Below are positions 14,620-29,720 of a stretch of DNA of 64,000 nt, piece after piece (the stretch's first letter is position 1; each line of letters opens with the position of its first letter). Where the stretch lies: the NCBI RefSeq assembly GCF_009914755.1, contig NC_060940.1. The stretch is one strand, 5' to 3'. Position numbers and translations under genes: made by a program. The stretch is from the human T2T-CHM13v2.0 reference genome, Homo sapiens. The notes below the pieces were generated by a model. It was not told the DNA's origin, ran no database searches, and saw only the letters and a program-made list of their open reading frames with translations.

Positions 14620-15075
14620 TATTTTTTAATTCTCGCATTGAATTTTGTAGTGCTAAGCTAGGAAATGAGGAACTTGATTAAGTAGTGTTACAATGGAACA
14701 ACTTATGCATTTATCGTCAACAATTTATTGAGTGTTTTCAGAACCATTTTTGAGAAGACATATGAGTATTAGACTTTTTTTTTCCTGCAGGAAGTTTACA
14801 TTCTTAATTGTTGAGATGGGACTAAGTTACTAAAACATATTATATATATTATATTAAAATATATCTTAAAAATATATAGATATGTAAGTTAAGTACAAAA
14901 TTATATGACATGATATGATAGGGACTACACAATCAAGCTAAGAATTTGGAGAAGCAGAATTACCAATGAGGAAGTTAGATCCCATGACAGGCTTCCTCCT
15001 GGTAGGGTTTATATAGAAAACAAGAAAGGGTGTTCCAAGATTGTGGAACACAGATGGGAAGCTATGAAGTTTACT

Positions 15076-15480
15076 ATTTTTTATTATGATTTTTTAATCT
15101 TTTATTTTAGGTCCAGGGCTACATGTGCAGGTTTGTTATATGGTAAACTTGTGTCATGGGGATCTGTTTTATGGACTATTTTGTCATCTGAGTACTAAGC
15201 CTAGTACCCCATAGTTGTTTTTTTGGATCCTCTCCCTTCTCCCACCCTCCACTCTCAGGTAGCCCCAGTGTCTCTCGTTCCCCTCCTTGTGTCCATGTGT
15301 TCTCATCATTTAGCTCCCACTTACAAGTGAGAACATGTGATATTTCGTTTTCTGTTTCTGTGTTAGTTTTCTAAGGATGATGGCCTCTAGCTCCATTGAT
15401 GTTCCTGCAAAGGCCATAATCTCATTCTTTTTTATGGCTGTGTTGTATCCCATGCTGTATATGAACCACAATTTCTTTAT
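15076..15480 (-). mobile_element. 5'-truncated older L1PA (PA13-16-like) 3' end
   Basis: ACATGTGCAGGTTTGTTA..CTCCCACTTACAAGTGAGAACATG; the minus-strand ORF gives the L1 ORF2 C-terminus (AIKKNEIMAF..ELEAIIL); TSD-like TATGA/GAGTTTA. Confidence 0.9.
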
Positions 15481-15859
15481 GGAGTTTAATGTGCACTCCT
15501 GCAAGGAAACTAGTCCACAGCAGTGGAAGGAACCCATGAGGGGGTTGTGGGAAATGAAATTTGATGATGTGGGAAGCGACAGATGAGAGTGGGGTTTGCC
15601 CTTGATTAGCAGTAAAGGAAGATACTGAAAGTTACTTTTAAGCAGAGGAGTATTATAATGGGAACATGTTTTGACAAACTGGGGCAGGGTCTCAGAGCCT
15701 CAGGCATGTACTCTCAGGAACTTAGAGAAGAGAGAGTTAAGCCCTTTGAATTTGATCCAGCAGGACAATAATGCTTAACAGAGGAACAAGATAATTCTGA
15801 GTATAGCCTCAGTATCCTCAAGTGGTCTGAGACCTGTGAGGACAAAAATAGCAGTTTAG

Positions 15860-16211
<352 letters not shown>

Positions 16212-16483
16212 TGCTTTGGGACTCTTTCTAACAGAGACAATGGCAAAACCATCTGAGGTGGTGGTGGTGGTGGTGGTGAAATGGGAGCATTCCACCCTGG
16301 CAGGAAAGCTAGTTTTATTATTGACATTATTAGCACAGGATGATAAGAAAAAGTGACCAATTTTTAGCTGGTTTATGATTGTTGTAAAACTCTCCACTGA
16401 CAATGCATTCCTTTGCTGTCTGCACTCGGGGTCACTGCTCTTGCTCTCTCCTTTCCTGCATATGCAACTGAAGAGACAAAGAC

Positions 16484-16686
16484 CAGTAGCTCTCCATGGG
16501 GGCAATTTTACCCCCAGGGAAATTTAGTAATGTCCAGAGACATTTTTTTGTTGTCACAACTGGGGTGGCAGCAGTGCTGCTGACATCTAATAGGTAGAGG
16601 CAAAATATGCTATAGTACATAGGACCATCCTCACAACAACGAATTATCCAGTCCAAAATGTCAATAGTACTGAGGCTCAGAAACTG
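16484..16686 (+). mobile_element. MER20
   Basis: GGGGGCAATTTTACCCCCAGGG..TTGTCACAACTGGGG..GAATTATCCAGTCCAAAATGTCAATAGT. Confidence 0.9.
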
Positions 16687-16939
16687 ATATACACCAAGGT
16701 GCTCAATGAAGCATTATTTATAACAGCAAAATTCTGGAAATAATCCTCATTTCTAACAATAAAAGAATCGTTAAAAATTATTGATTATCATATGTCCACA
16801 GGATGTACTTTGCAGTCATGTTTTCAATTATAACTTGATATAGGCTCACCCTGTAATATTAAATGAAAAAAAAAAGAATCAAAGCTGTGTATACATGCAA
16901 TCCCAATTTTGTAACAACAAATGCATCACACACACGTCA

Positions 16940-17691
<752 letters not shown>

Positions 17692-17779
17692 CTATATTTC
17701 TGAAATACGATAAGCATGAATTAATTTTCTGATCAAATATAATTTTTTTCCAAAACACCTCAGTGATTTGAAACATAGG

Positions 17780-18500
17780 CCAAACTTAACAAGACGAAAT
17801 ATAATTGGACCATGCAACATTTACATATAGGTTCAAAGCATCAATTGTCAAAGGCAGGAGTAAGATGCTTTTGCTTATGACCCATTTATGTAAAAAGGGT
17901 GTGAGTCAATGGAAGCTCAAAATCAAACAGAAGAGAACTGATGAGGTTGCTGAAAGAGTGATCTAAACTTAGGACACCTTAACAAAATTTTGCACCAGGA
18001 TGACGCATGCAGCAGTCCTCTGTGGGGCACTCATCTGGACTGCTGAATGCAGTGGTGTGTGACGTATTTTAAGGGGGCTGTTGAAAACCTGGAGTAGGTC
18101 CAGATGACAGCAACCAAAATAAGGAGCTTGAAATTGTGGCACGTGACAAAAGGATGAAGGAAGTAGTAAGGAGCTTGAAATTGTGTCACGTGACAAAAGG
18201 ATGAAGGAGGTTGGGATGTTTAGTCTGACGACAAGAACACTTAGGAGAGGTGTGAGAGCTATCTTTAAATATTTGGAGGGCTGTCATAAGGAGAGGGACA
18301 TATGTGCTGTGCATGGGCCCAGACCACAGAGCTGGCACTAATCACTGATGAGAACTGATCACTTATCTTCTTTCACATAACTTCCAAACACAAAGAAAAA
18401 AAAAAACTCTTCTAAATCTTAGAGTTGTCCAAAAATAGAGTGGCTAACTTGGGAAGTCATCCAGTCCCGATCACTGACTTAATGATAGCGTGTCAAGGTT
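17780..18500 (+). mobile_element. L3/CR1 LINE fragment
   Basis: CTGGAGTAGGTCCAGATGACAGCAACCAA..GGGATGTTTAGTCTG..CTATCTTTAAATATTTGGAGGGCTGTCA, typical of the L3 3' ORF region. Confidence 0.75.
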
Positions 18501-18599
18501 GTTGCCGAGAGGACAGTGGGCTGGGAAAATGAGAGAGCAGCGATGCTACTCATACATTCCTGGTGCCTATTGCTCAATGCATGAGCAAATGCAGAGGGG

Positions 18600-18968
18600 T
18601 CAACATTCATTGAGGGCTTTCAGTGGGCCATGGACCAGGAATGGTGCCAAATGCTTCACACGCTCTGTCCAACTTGTTCCTCATAGCCACCTTGCAAGAA
18701 AGGCACAACTCTACATTTGCCTCGTTTTCCAGATGAGGAAATACAGGCTCAGGGAAGTTTAGGGGCATGCTCAAGGTCAACAGCTAGTTAATGTATCAGA
18801 TTCTACAGCAATGCCAATAATAGTAATAGTAATCATCATAACTGTAGTTGCAAACATTTGTATAATGCGTACTATGCATCAGAGTTCAAAATGCTATGCC
18901 TCTATCCTCATTTTACAGATAAGTTTTGGGTAGGTCAAGAATCTTGTCCAAGGCCAAAAATGGGTCAG
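18600..18968 (-). mobile_element. Two adjacent MIR units
   Basis: CAGATGAGGAAATACAGGCTCAGGGAAG..CAAGGTCAACAGCTAG, then a second CCTCATTTTACAGAT..CTTGTCCAAGG unit. Confidence 0.75.
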
Positions 18969-19351
18969 TGATATGGTTTGGCTCTGTGTCCAAACCCAAA
19001 CCTCATGTTGAATTGTCATCCCCATGTGTCAGGGGACGGGCCTGGTGGGAGGTGACTGGATCATGGGGGCAGATTTCCCCCTTGCTGTTCTCATGATAGC
19101 GAGTTGTCCCGAGATCTGATGGTTTAAAAGTGTGTGGCACCTCCCCCTTTTCTCGCTCTCTCTCCTGCTCCGCCATATTAAGACATGCTTGCTTTCCCTT
19201 CACCTTTCACCATGACTGTAAGTTTCCTGAGGCCTCCTAACCATGCTTCCTATGTAGCCTGTGGAACTATGAGTCAATTAAACCTTTTTTTCCTTATAAA
19301 TTACTTAGTCTTGGGTAGTTCTTTATAGCAGTATGAGAACAGACGAATACA
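18969..19351 (+). mobile_element. MaLR solo LTR (THE1D/MSTA-like)
   Basis: TGATATGGTTTGG start, AATACA end, ATTAAA signal; TSD GTCAG/GCCAG. Confidence 0.93.
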
Positions 19352-19374
19352 GCCAGATTCTGTAGTAATGCTAA

Positions 19375-19630
19375 AAGAGTAATAGTCATCATCATCACAC
19401 CCACAGCTATAAACGCTCGTATAGTATGTACTACGTGTCAAAAAACACAGTTTGGAATGCTGCACCTATACAACTTATTTACCATAACACCCTAAGGGAT
19501 GTCTCTCTTATTGTCCCTATTTCATAGATGAGAAAATGTAGACTCGAGGAGGTTGAAGATCTTGCTCAAGGTCACACAGCTAATGAGCGATACACCTGGG
19601 TTTTAAAACCTGGCACTTCAGACTCCATAG
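19375..19630 (-). mobile_element. MIR
   Basis: ATAGATGAGAAAATGTAGACTCGAGGAGGTTGAAGATCTTGCTCAAGGTCACACAGCTA. Confidence 0.8.
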
Positions 19631-19756
19631 CGGTATTAGTAACAATAGAACTAGGAATCCTCATCATCACTGTCATTTTCCCAGTCATAAAAATGGCACA
19701 AACACGTACACAGCCCACACTATGTGTCAGGCAAACACAGCAGACCTAGGAGGTAG

Positions 19757-20417
<661 letters not shown>

Positions 20418-20422
20418 GGTAG

Positions 20423-20550
20423 GTACAACTATTATCCTAATTTTAATGAGAGACCCAGAGACATTCAAGAACTGGGTCAAAGTCACATGACTAATAAATG
20501 GCAGAGCCGGGATGGAAACTCCAACCACTGGGCTCTGTAGTCCGTGCTCC
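20423..20550 (-). mobile_element. MIR (continuation after the MLT2 LTR)
   Basis: AAAGTCACATGACTAATAAATGGCAGAGCCGGGAT. Confidence 0.75.
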
Positions 20551-20949
20551 TACATGGCATTCTCTGGAGCTCCTTCCTCTCAACTGCTGTGTGTGTTATG
20601 ATCTAGGTGACATGAAATGAGGGGATGAAAAAGGTAAACTCTCAAGGCAGGAAAGTTGCTGTTCACAGAGAAAGAATGACATCCCTGAGCTGCTCCTCCT
20701 ACCAAATGGCCACTTACTCATTCTTCCAGATAGCCCTTGCCACATTAGGACATTTCTTAATATTTGACAGATTGAAGGGTAAAAGACCCAACAACTTTTC
20801 TTCCTCCTGGTATTGTTCAATTCAACAGAGAAAGAATTTACTGAGCACCTTCCACTTTCCCATAAGTTAGAGGCAACTGTCTTGTCTCCTGACTCTTGAT
20901 TCTCATTAGATAATTTGTGATTTGAATACAGAATATGTAAAATAATTCA

Positions 20950-21246
20950 GGCTGGGCGTGATGGCTCACGCCTGTAATTCCAGCACTTTGGGAGGCTGAG
21001 GCAGGCGGATCACCTAAGGTCAGGAGTTTGATACCAGACTGGCCAACGTAGTGAAACCCTGTCTCTACTAAAAATACAAAAATTAGTTGGATGTGGTGGG
21101 GTGCACCTACAATCCCAGCTAGTCAGGGGGCTGAGGCAGGAGAAGCGCTTGAACCTGGGAGTTGCAGTGAGCACCACTGCACTCCAGCCTGGGTGACAAG
21201 AGTGAAAACTCCATCTCAAAAAGAAAAAAAAAAAAAGAAAAAAGAA
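20950..21246 (+). mobile_element. AluSq-like with small right-arm deletions
   Basis: Dimer; GGGTGACAAGAGTGAAAACTCC; A tail. Confidence 0.93.
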
Positions 21247-24200
21247 CATTTAATATAGTTCAAGTGACATATAATGATACAATGCCTCCTCAGCTTCCCC
21301 TATGTGGTGGAAATGCACAAGTACTCACGTTGTTGCCTTTTCAAAGTTTTGAAGCCTTGCCCTGATATCAGCAATTTCTATAGTAAAGTTTCTACCTTTT
21401 AGTTTACTATACCTCTCGCTGATAGGAAAATCACTCTTGATATTCTCAGTTTAATTTCACTTTTGCCAGATTTCCATTAATACCGGTATCTCTTTGGACC
21501 ATCCAAAGCCATCCTCCTCTGGAGGCTTATCTTTCACATAATTTCCAAACAAAAAGACAACACAGACAAAAGCTGCACAAAAACATGCCATGGGACCAGG
21601 TATTGAAAAAAAAAGACATTGAAACAGACCCAAACAGAAATACAATGGTTTTATTATATGAGCCTTCAGCGGTAAAGAAGAAAGGAAAAAGCAAGGTTAG
21701 CAAAAGAGGAAAGGAAAGCAAAATGACTAGCAAACGCAAAGTGCCTAAGGAGATGGTGTTTTCTTTGTATGCATCAACATACACTCAAAGAATATTTCCC
21801 TATAAGGGTGTCATTGCCCACTCACTTCCCGTTTTCAGTTATGTGTAAGAGAAGCTTTTAACTCTATTTTCAGCCCCCCTGGGAGTTGCAAGGAAGAAGG
21901 TGTTGCTACTAAAGTAGGCAATGCTCAGCCTGAAAGTCAAGGATACACAAGACGCATACCCATCAGCCTCCTCGTCCTGCCTGGACCAGCCCTCCCTGAC
22001 CTCTTAGTGGGGGTTGGAAACCGCTGGCCCGCACTGGCCAGACCATGGGGAGAGGCTCTCAGAGGACAGTGTCTCCTTTGTTGGATGTTTTATCACAAAG
22101 AAGGTGATACCACAGGAAAAATAAATCCGGAAGCTTCTAGTCTAACCCAAACCTCAGGTGTTCTAGCAAAGACAGCAGGAGAAAAATCCCCATTGCATAT
22201 CTCTATCTTGCAGTATAACCCTGAGGTCAGTGAAGGTCATTGAGGAAAACCAACCTGAATGTAGAGAAAAAGCAGGGTCTCTGGCAATACAATTTAAAGG
22301 TGACAGGACACGAGGCTTTGTTTCCAGGCACAGGCTGCCTCCCTTTCTTGCAGTGGCAGCCCCTCCAGACCTGCCCCTTTATGTCCACCCCACCCTCACC
22401 CCCAACACTCTTGACTGTCCACAGGTCATCACCTATGCTGGGCCTTCCCCGTTGCTCTCAACTCACAATGGACTGTTCCTTCTCTGACCTCGGATGATTT
22501 AAGTCATCTCTACCATTCAACCTAATACCTAGTAGATACTCTTTGATATTCTTTTCCAACGGTTTCATGTACACAGGTCTTTTCTACCAAATAATATTCC
22601 ATGTGCCTTGAAAGAAAGGATCTCGTCTTATACTTGTTGGGGATCCCCCACTCCACTAGATCTAGTACTTTGGTGACCTCAGCAAATTCTTGCGATAAAA
22701 TGCTTGATTTTTATCACCTCCCTACCTATACTTCCAAACGGTTGCTATACTTAGGCCTTCACATTCACGCTGCACTCCTGACCAGTGAATGCAAACACAC
22801 AAGGCATCATTTTGCAGAAAAATCCGGATATGGTGGAGAAAGAAATTGTCATTTCTCAAGATTCTTGATTTGTTTCTTGAGCTAAGGGGAGGGAAATGCT
22901 TGCCAGTGTTTCCTGGCTGATTTTGGTATCATGCTGTTGGCCCTTTTGTGAGATGTGTAAAGACATTTTACTCAATCTGTGAGAAACTTTGATACAGACA
23001 GAGGAACTTGGAGACTAGCCAGGCCTCTTTTTAATAAACACAGGAGACGTGAGATGGGCAGGTCTAGGGTGATGGGAAGAGGTGATACTGAATTTCATTT
23101 CTTAGCTATATACAAGGGAATAAGATTATTCTTAAGAGGGGGGTGGGTGGTGGTGAAAACAATACCCACCATGATACTGATGGGCAGGTCTGGTTGTATA
23201 ACTACTGCTGAGGTTCAGGAAGCTCCCAAGATGAGACTTCCATGTTCCAGGGCCGCTTTCCCTTTAAACAGAAGCCGGGGGGTGGGGTGGGGGTGGCGGT
23301 GGTGGTGGTTATGGTATTGTTCTGGCTTCAGTATTAATCTTGCTTTCTTCCCACTTGCACCTGCTAATGTTACCCGGCAGAGTCACAGCCATCGCTGGGC
23401 CCTTCCCCCACTCTAAGTTTATTTATTGTGGCTATTTTACCAGCTATTGGCTCAACACACTATACTCAAATATTCATCATGTAGCTCTCTGGGTAAATCG
23501 TATTTAATCAGCACAGGAGAGAAAATAGCATAATTATAGATGCCGGATGCCATTACACTCAGAAGAAATTAAACCCTGTCTCAAGCCGACCAGCGGTTGC
23601 TGTGATTGCATCACTGCTGGGGTTATGGAGAGGTTAGTGGCCATTGGGGGCCAGCAGTACCTCGTAAGGATGCCTGACCCAGATGAGCCCTAAGGAGACC
23701 CACTCATGCACATACACATGCGCGGCATCAAATACTCATCAAACGGCGGCCAGTAAATTAATCTTTCATTGTTTGGAGAATGTGATAAATGAGAGGGATA
23801 ATAAAGCCAGGTTCACGCATGGAGATGAAGGGATGGCAAATAAATGGGCCCAGAGAATTCCAGTCCTAAAAGTGGATAGAGGGAATTCCCATTCCCAATC
23901 TTTCCCAGAGCATTTCTTGCCAATAGCCAGAGTGATACTGACAATTAAGGCAAAGGAGGGTGACAACCTTTACAATGAAGCAAAAGCATCCATTTGGGTT
24001 ATGAGTCCTTACAGGGAATCCTCCCAGCTACAGAGGATAAGAATGCAAATGCCAAACCAGAAGTGCACATTAGTCCTGGTCCTTGCCAGGTAGACTTGAG
24101 TGTCTCACATGCAAAAGTTTCCATGTCAGTAATGCCAGTGAGTTGTTTTGCTCGGGGAAATGGAGAAGGTGAAAAGTTACAAAAACAAAACAAAACAAAA

Positions 24201-24639
24201 TAAAACCCCAAACCCAACCATAATATAATATCAGAGCCCTACCTGCTGAAATGGGCTCCTGGAAAAAGCTGGAACCATGGGGTCAATTTTCTTCCAGCCA
24301 TTCTCGGCCCGACCTCTTCCCACACACATCCAGGGCCACCTGCACGTGTCCAGGTACAGAATTAGAGTCACCTTTAATCTCACGACACAGCTTCTCTCCC
24401 CTGGACCTAAACCCCAGGTCAGCAACCCCATACAGTGTAGAGCACTGTTTGTAAAAATTCAAAAATGTCCAAAGATGCAATTAGGCTTTACTTATTACTA
24501 TTGGGTGACTGTTTTTGCTTTTTTTTTTCTTTATTCCTTTTTCTTCTGGCTAATAATGCTTCTGAGGTTTGGATAAGTAACTAAGAGGAAGGAGATCTCC
24601 TTCTAGTCCATCCTGCTGCCGACAATTAAGAAACCTCAA

Positions 24640-24950
24640 AGTAATTTTTGAAAATGTCAGCGTCTCATTTAGCAAAAGGATAAATAATAAATGAAGCGTA
24701 ATCACTGTCCTGTGCTGGTGGTACAGCTTCGCGGTGTCATTAGTAAACTAACGGTATAATATCTTTGTGTCACAGTTTAATTATATCTTGTAATTAGTTT
24801 CAGCAATGGATTGCATAGAGTCAGGCCCCCTGAGCTAAACAAAAGGTAATAGAACTTTTCAGCGCCCCTGCATAAATCAATTATGAAAGTGTCCTATGCT
24901 ATTTGAAGCTTGTTTGCTGTAATTTTATGCACAAAGCCCAACTGGCCCTT
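24640..24950. promoter_or_regulatory. Candidate conserved non-coding (enhancer-like) element
   Basis: No recognisable TE; dense TAAT/ATTA motifs and a PBX-HOX-type ATAAATCA. Conservation not verifiable here. Confidence 0.35.
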
Positions 24951-27289
24951 CTTGCTTGTGGAGGGCTATTCACCCCACCCCACACTTGTCTGCAGCTGAG
25001 CCTGCGGTCGGCCCACACGCAGCCTGGCCCACTGGTGCATTTCTCAGGACCAGCTCAGCAGTAAATACCATGGAGGGGGTGAGGTGCTGAGGGGAGGGGA
25101 GGGGAGGTGTGGAATGGGGGGGGCAGAGGACGCACAAGGACCGGAGCAGGTAATAGATGCGCCATGTGCAAGAAAGCAGGGAATCAAATAGGAAAAGATG
25201 TGAGGGCTTGGAAGAATGATTCTTTATGCTTCCCTGAACAAAGATGAGAAGGTTAGGAGCATCAAAGGCCAAGCAACGTTGATGAATATGGGCAGGCAGA
25301 CGAGATACATGTCCCTTTATCATTTTATCCTTTCAACATCCCCACTCTCGCCACGTGGTTGGAATTGGAACCAGCACAGGTTACTTGGCAATAGGGGATA
25401 GGGAAGGAGAATCCACATCTTTAATTGGGTCTAATTCGGGTCCCACAGAGCTCAGAAACTGTAAAGGGCTTCCGAGCGTTGTTGAGGGCTAGCTGTGGTC
25501 ACCAGGCCCAGACAGGAGAGTCATGGAGTCCCGCTGGGGGAAGCTAAGAAGAAACTCAGGGGCGGGGGGTTGGTTAAGTCCAAATGCCACCAATACGTGT
25601 GATCATCTCTTTTTGATCAAACTGTAAGGCATGGCAGAGAGTGGGGGTGGGGTCCACATTCAAAGTCCTCATCAAGTTGGCTTTGAAAGTAAGTCTAGTG
25701 CCACACTGGCCTTTCTGTTTATACAACAATTTATAGGTTTAAACGAAACCCCGCTTGAAAAAGCAGACTGAATCTTCCTATTGTGAGCACTTCAGCAAAT
25801 TTAACAAAAGAAAGAGCCCAGGCGAAGAAGAAGAGAGAGGAGAGAGACAGAGAGAAAGGTCCAGTCCTCAGACTGGTGTGCTGCAATCTGGCTGGTTGCT
25901 ATGGCGACGTGATGGTTTGTTCACATGGCAACATACCTTAGGTCCACTATTAAAATGATGAGAGTGAACTCGGTTGCATTAAGGAAAGTGTGCTGTATGC
26001 TAAAGCGAGTCTTTATCTCCAGAGAGAGCTGGACAGAGACTGGCATCCAGTACAAATGAGGGAGAAAAGGAGGAGGAGGTAAAGGTTGGAGGTCTGGAAG
26101 AGGGAAGAACCGCAGGGATGCAATCACTATGAAAAGAAAGACCCTCAGTTCTGTGTCTCAGTCGAGGGCCTGGGATTCAGAAGGTAGACAATGAGTTTTG
26201 TTTGACATGGAATTCATCGTTCAAATCAGCCCATCAGACTAATGACCCCTTATTTAAAAAACAAAACAAAACATATTCCAGATGAACCTGCTGTACCTTG
26301 GCTGTAGAAAACACAACAGTGAACAAAACTCAACCCATGAGCTGTGGCTATAACCAATAGCCAAGCACGAATGCCACTTAAATAAAATACTCTAATAACC
26401 GCGAGGGTGGCAAATTACACGGCATTTATTTATCGAACATAAAAGTCCATTGACAGCTACAGATCCACATCATCTCACATTTGAGCTAGTGGGGAAGATT
26501 TCCTTTGGAAATCGGGTTTCCTGTTTCCTTTAACATAGTGACAATTTTTCCTCCTACTGATGTCGAAAGGGTGGTGATATTTCAGTGGGTATTATCCCAA
26601 CAGCCCTACCTATCTACCTGTGCTTGGTTTCTTTCTGCTATTTAGCAAGCACTGCTGTGGCACACATGAGATAGCCAGAAGTCTCTGGGCTCTGTCATCC
26701 CATTGAAGGCTCCCAGTGGTACTATAAACCATCTGTGGGATGTCTGAGGCCCCGAAATCCCCACACCCCTCACTCGTTTGGCCCCCTTCCCACCTCTCTA
26801 TGGCTGACTGTGCTTTATTTGAAAATCTCTTTACCATAAAGTGAAGTGAAGCCTTCACACCAGCAAATGTCTCTTGAATTGGACACATGGCAGAAGATGA
26901 GCTTGGGACTGTGATAGTTTCTGACGACAGAGATCCTACCAGCACAGGGCTCAGTTCTAACCATGAGCCACTGACTCAGTTCCTTCTTTGTGCCAATGCT
27001 GCAGATGTCTGGTGCCAACAGAGGGATCTGACCCCCAGGAGATCCTGTCATGGCAGAAAAGGGGGAAGGCACAGTGCTCTAAGACCTGCAGAAGGAGCTG
27101 AATACTAGGACAGAGAGCAAAGCCAACCACACTCATAAATTGCCTCCTCCACTCTCATCCCCACATTTCTCCTGAGTCTTACGTGATAGAACATTGCTCT
27201 CTAAAATTTTCTAGGGTCCTATGATACGCTCTGGCTTCCTCAGGAGTCCATGTAAGCAGTACAGGGAAGCAGGATAGCTCAGGAGGCGA

Positions 27290-27490
27290 GATCCTAAACT
27301 TTGCATTAGAGACCTGCTGTCACTAGCTAGCCTGGTGACCTCTCTGAGCCCCAGTTTTCTGACCTGAAAAATGGGGTCACAGCAGTACCTGACCTCCTCA
27401 GGTTGTTGGGAGATTTAAATGAGGTAACAGTTATAAAGGGACATAACTCAGTCCAGGGCATGTACATTTTATGAATTATTATTATTCCCT
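27290..27490 (+). mobile_element. MIR
   Basis: ACCTCTCTGAGCCCCAGTTTTCTGACCTGAAAAATGGGG..GGTTGTTGGGAGATTTAAATGAG. Confidence 0.82.
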
Positions 27491-28865
27491 TTGGACCCAG
27501 CCAGTTGCAGCATACAGCATTGTTTCCATTGCAACTTTAGCAACAGACAAAAACATGACTTTCAGATGATAAGCTCCCGAACAACAGGTCAACGGCTATT
27601 CACCTATTTTGGAAGGGTCCAGAATAGGATGCAGCTTAGACATATTTATTCCAGAACCTTCTTCTCTACATGCTGCAGGCCACCAGAGAGAGGCAGGCCT
27701 GGCCTGCAGCTCAACTTGCCTTCTTCTGCTAGATGTCTTTCCTTTTGTTTTATATTTTGACTACTGACAAAACACCAGCTTTGTCCCTCTCCCCCAAAGG
27801 GTAGGCGGGTGTCTCTTCCTAAGCATGGTAAATTGTATGTAGAGAAAAAGACAGAGAGAGAGAGAGAGATTGAGAGAGAAAGAGGGAAACCTTCTGGTGC
27901 CTATCAACTTTCCATGACAGCTGCACTCATGTTCCCTCCTGAGGACCAAAATAACTACAAAGTGTATGAAATCGTTAAGCACATAAAAATCCCGGAGGTA
28001 GACGCTGAGAATAAAACTCGTGATTTCCCAACCAAAAGGCATCAAAGCCCAGCCCTCACAGTTCATTTGCTTCCCTCCGTCGATCTGACTTTGCTCAGTA
28101 AGCTGGCAACAGTAGCCCTACACACAGCTCGGAGAGCAGAGGGAGGAAGGCTGGGCCCCTGACCTGCCTGGTCCACCAGCCTGGTCTGCATAATGAAGGC
28201 ATGGGGGCGTGGGGGAGCCCAGAGGCAGATGAAATCAGCCAGAAAGCACTGAAAAGAGAGAACGCATTTGAATCTTCATGGCTTTTTTTTTTTTGCAGCT
28301 TATGATATACTTTTCACACGTTTAATGGCGAGGCAGCTAGGTTTAAAGAAACTTTCCCATTTAAATGTGCCATAACAGAATAATAAGGTTATGCAGGATG
28401 TCTTGATGTATGGTCCCATCAGGTAGAATGGTGATGGAAATACGCTGTGATATTGAATCTGAATAGGACACCTAGAGAAGAATGTTTAGCTTCGGGTGTT
28501 GCAGTACAAATGCAGGAATAGCAAACATAGGAATAGCCCTTATCTTGTAGGCAGAATTGCTCTCGGTTTCCAATCTTCCCCAATAGCCCTTGGCTTGGGA
28601 AGTGTTTTTGTAGGGAGCACAGCAAACAGAAAACACTGAACTCCAAATGTGTGGTGAGAGCTATGCTGGGTGATCTAACTAGGAAGCATCCAAAGACATA
28701 GACCATTATAAGGTCTGTCTCCACATTTGACCATTCCCTATTTACTGAACGCCCACTAATGTGTATAAAATCTCTTCAAGTGCATTTCAAAGTGCTAAGA
28801 AGTATAAAAAAGAGTTTCTACTTTCAAGGAGTTTATAATTTAGTTGGAAAATAAAATGGTCTAGC

Positions 28866-29095
28866 TGACGGTCAGCAAACTGCAGCCTGGATAGGCCCAA
28901 ACTAGTCTGCCACTTGTTTTGTGTAATTAAGTCCTATTGGAATACAGTTTCAATGTGTTCAAAGACACATTGTTTACATATTGTCTATGGATGCTTTTTC
29001 CTTACAACGTTGGGGATGAAGAGCTGCAGCGGAGACCCTGTGGCCTGTTTAAAATATTTACTCTCTGGCCTTTTACCAAAAGAGTTTGCCAAGAA
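28866..29095 (+). mobile_element. MER58A (hAT-Charlie MITE)
   Basis: GGTCAGCAAACT start; GTTTACATATTGTCTATGG; TAAAATATTTACTCTCTGGCCTTTTAC..GTTTGCC. Confidence 0.85.
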
Positions 29096-29099
29096 CAAG

Positions 29100-29720
29100 A
29101 GTTGCTCTAGGTTGGGAAGGAGAGCGATCATCATGGCTGGGGGTGGGGAATCATGAAAGGATAATGGAAAGGATGGCCTTTCAGGAGGGCCTGGTGGGAC
29201 CTGGACAGACCCAGCAGAGTTAAGAAGGCATCCTTGGTAGGGGAAACAGTACAGGAAAAGGTGCAAAGGAAAGAGGCAGCATGACTGTTTGAGGGATGGC
29301 AAGAATAACCATCCAGCTAGGACAGCCTGTTACATTCCAAAGCAGTTGGCAGGAAGGATGGTCTGATAAGTGGGAGGAAAACCAAGAAAGTATGGGATTC
29401 CTGAAGCCAAGGGAAAAGTGGATTTTCAAGAAGTGAGGGAACAAGGGAGGTAAGCAGTGTCTGGTGCTATCATTCAGAAGAACAAGAGTGTGGAAGATAA
29501 AGGAATCGAAGGAAAATAAAGAAATGGAAGTAATAAGTATGGACCACTTGCTAGAGAAGTTGGACCAAGATATGAAAGAAGAGATGCAGGTTAATAATTT
29601 GAGTAAATGGCAAAGTCGACTGCAGAATTTGCCGGGTTAAAAGAGACTGTACATGTCTTTGGGTAAAAGAGGAACAGCAGATAGGAAGGGGCTGACGATC
29701 TAGGAAGCTAGAAAGTCAGG
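29100..29720 (-). mobile_element. L2 fragments
   Basis: GATAAGTGGGAGGAAAACCAAGAAAGTATGGGATTCCTGAAGCCAAGGGAA..TTTCAAGAAG, antisense L2 pattern. Confidence 0.65.

Noticed and set aside
27809-28162. 117-aa ORF that looks superficially protein-like
   Set aside because: Non-ATG start, includes a (GA)n repeat, and has no homology or exon structure that I can support.
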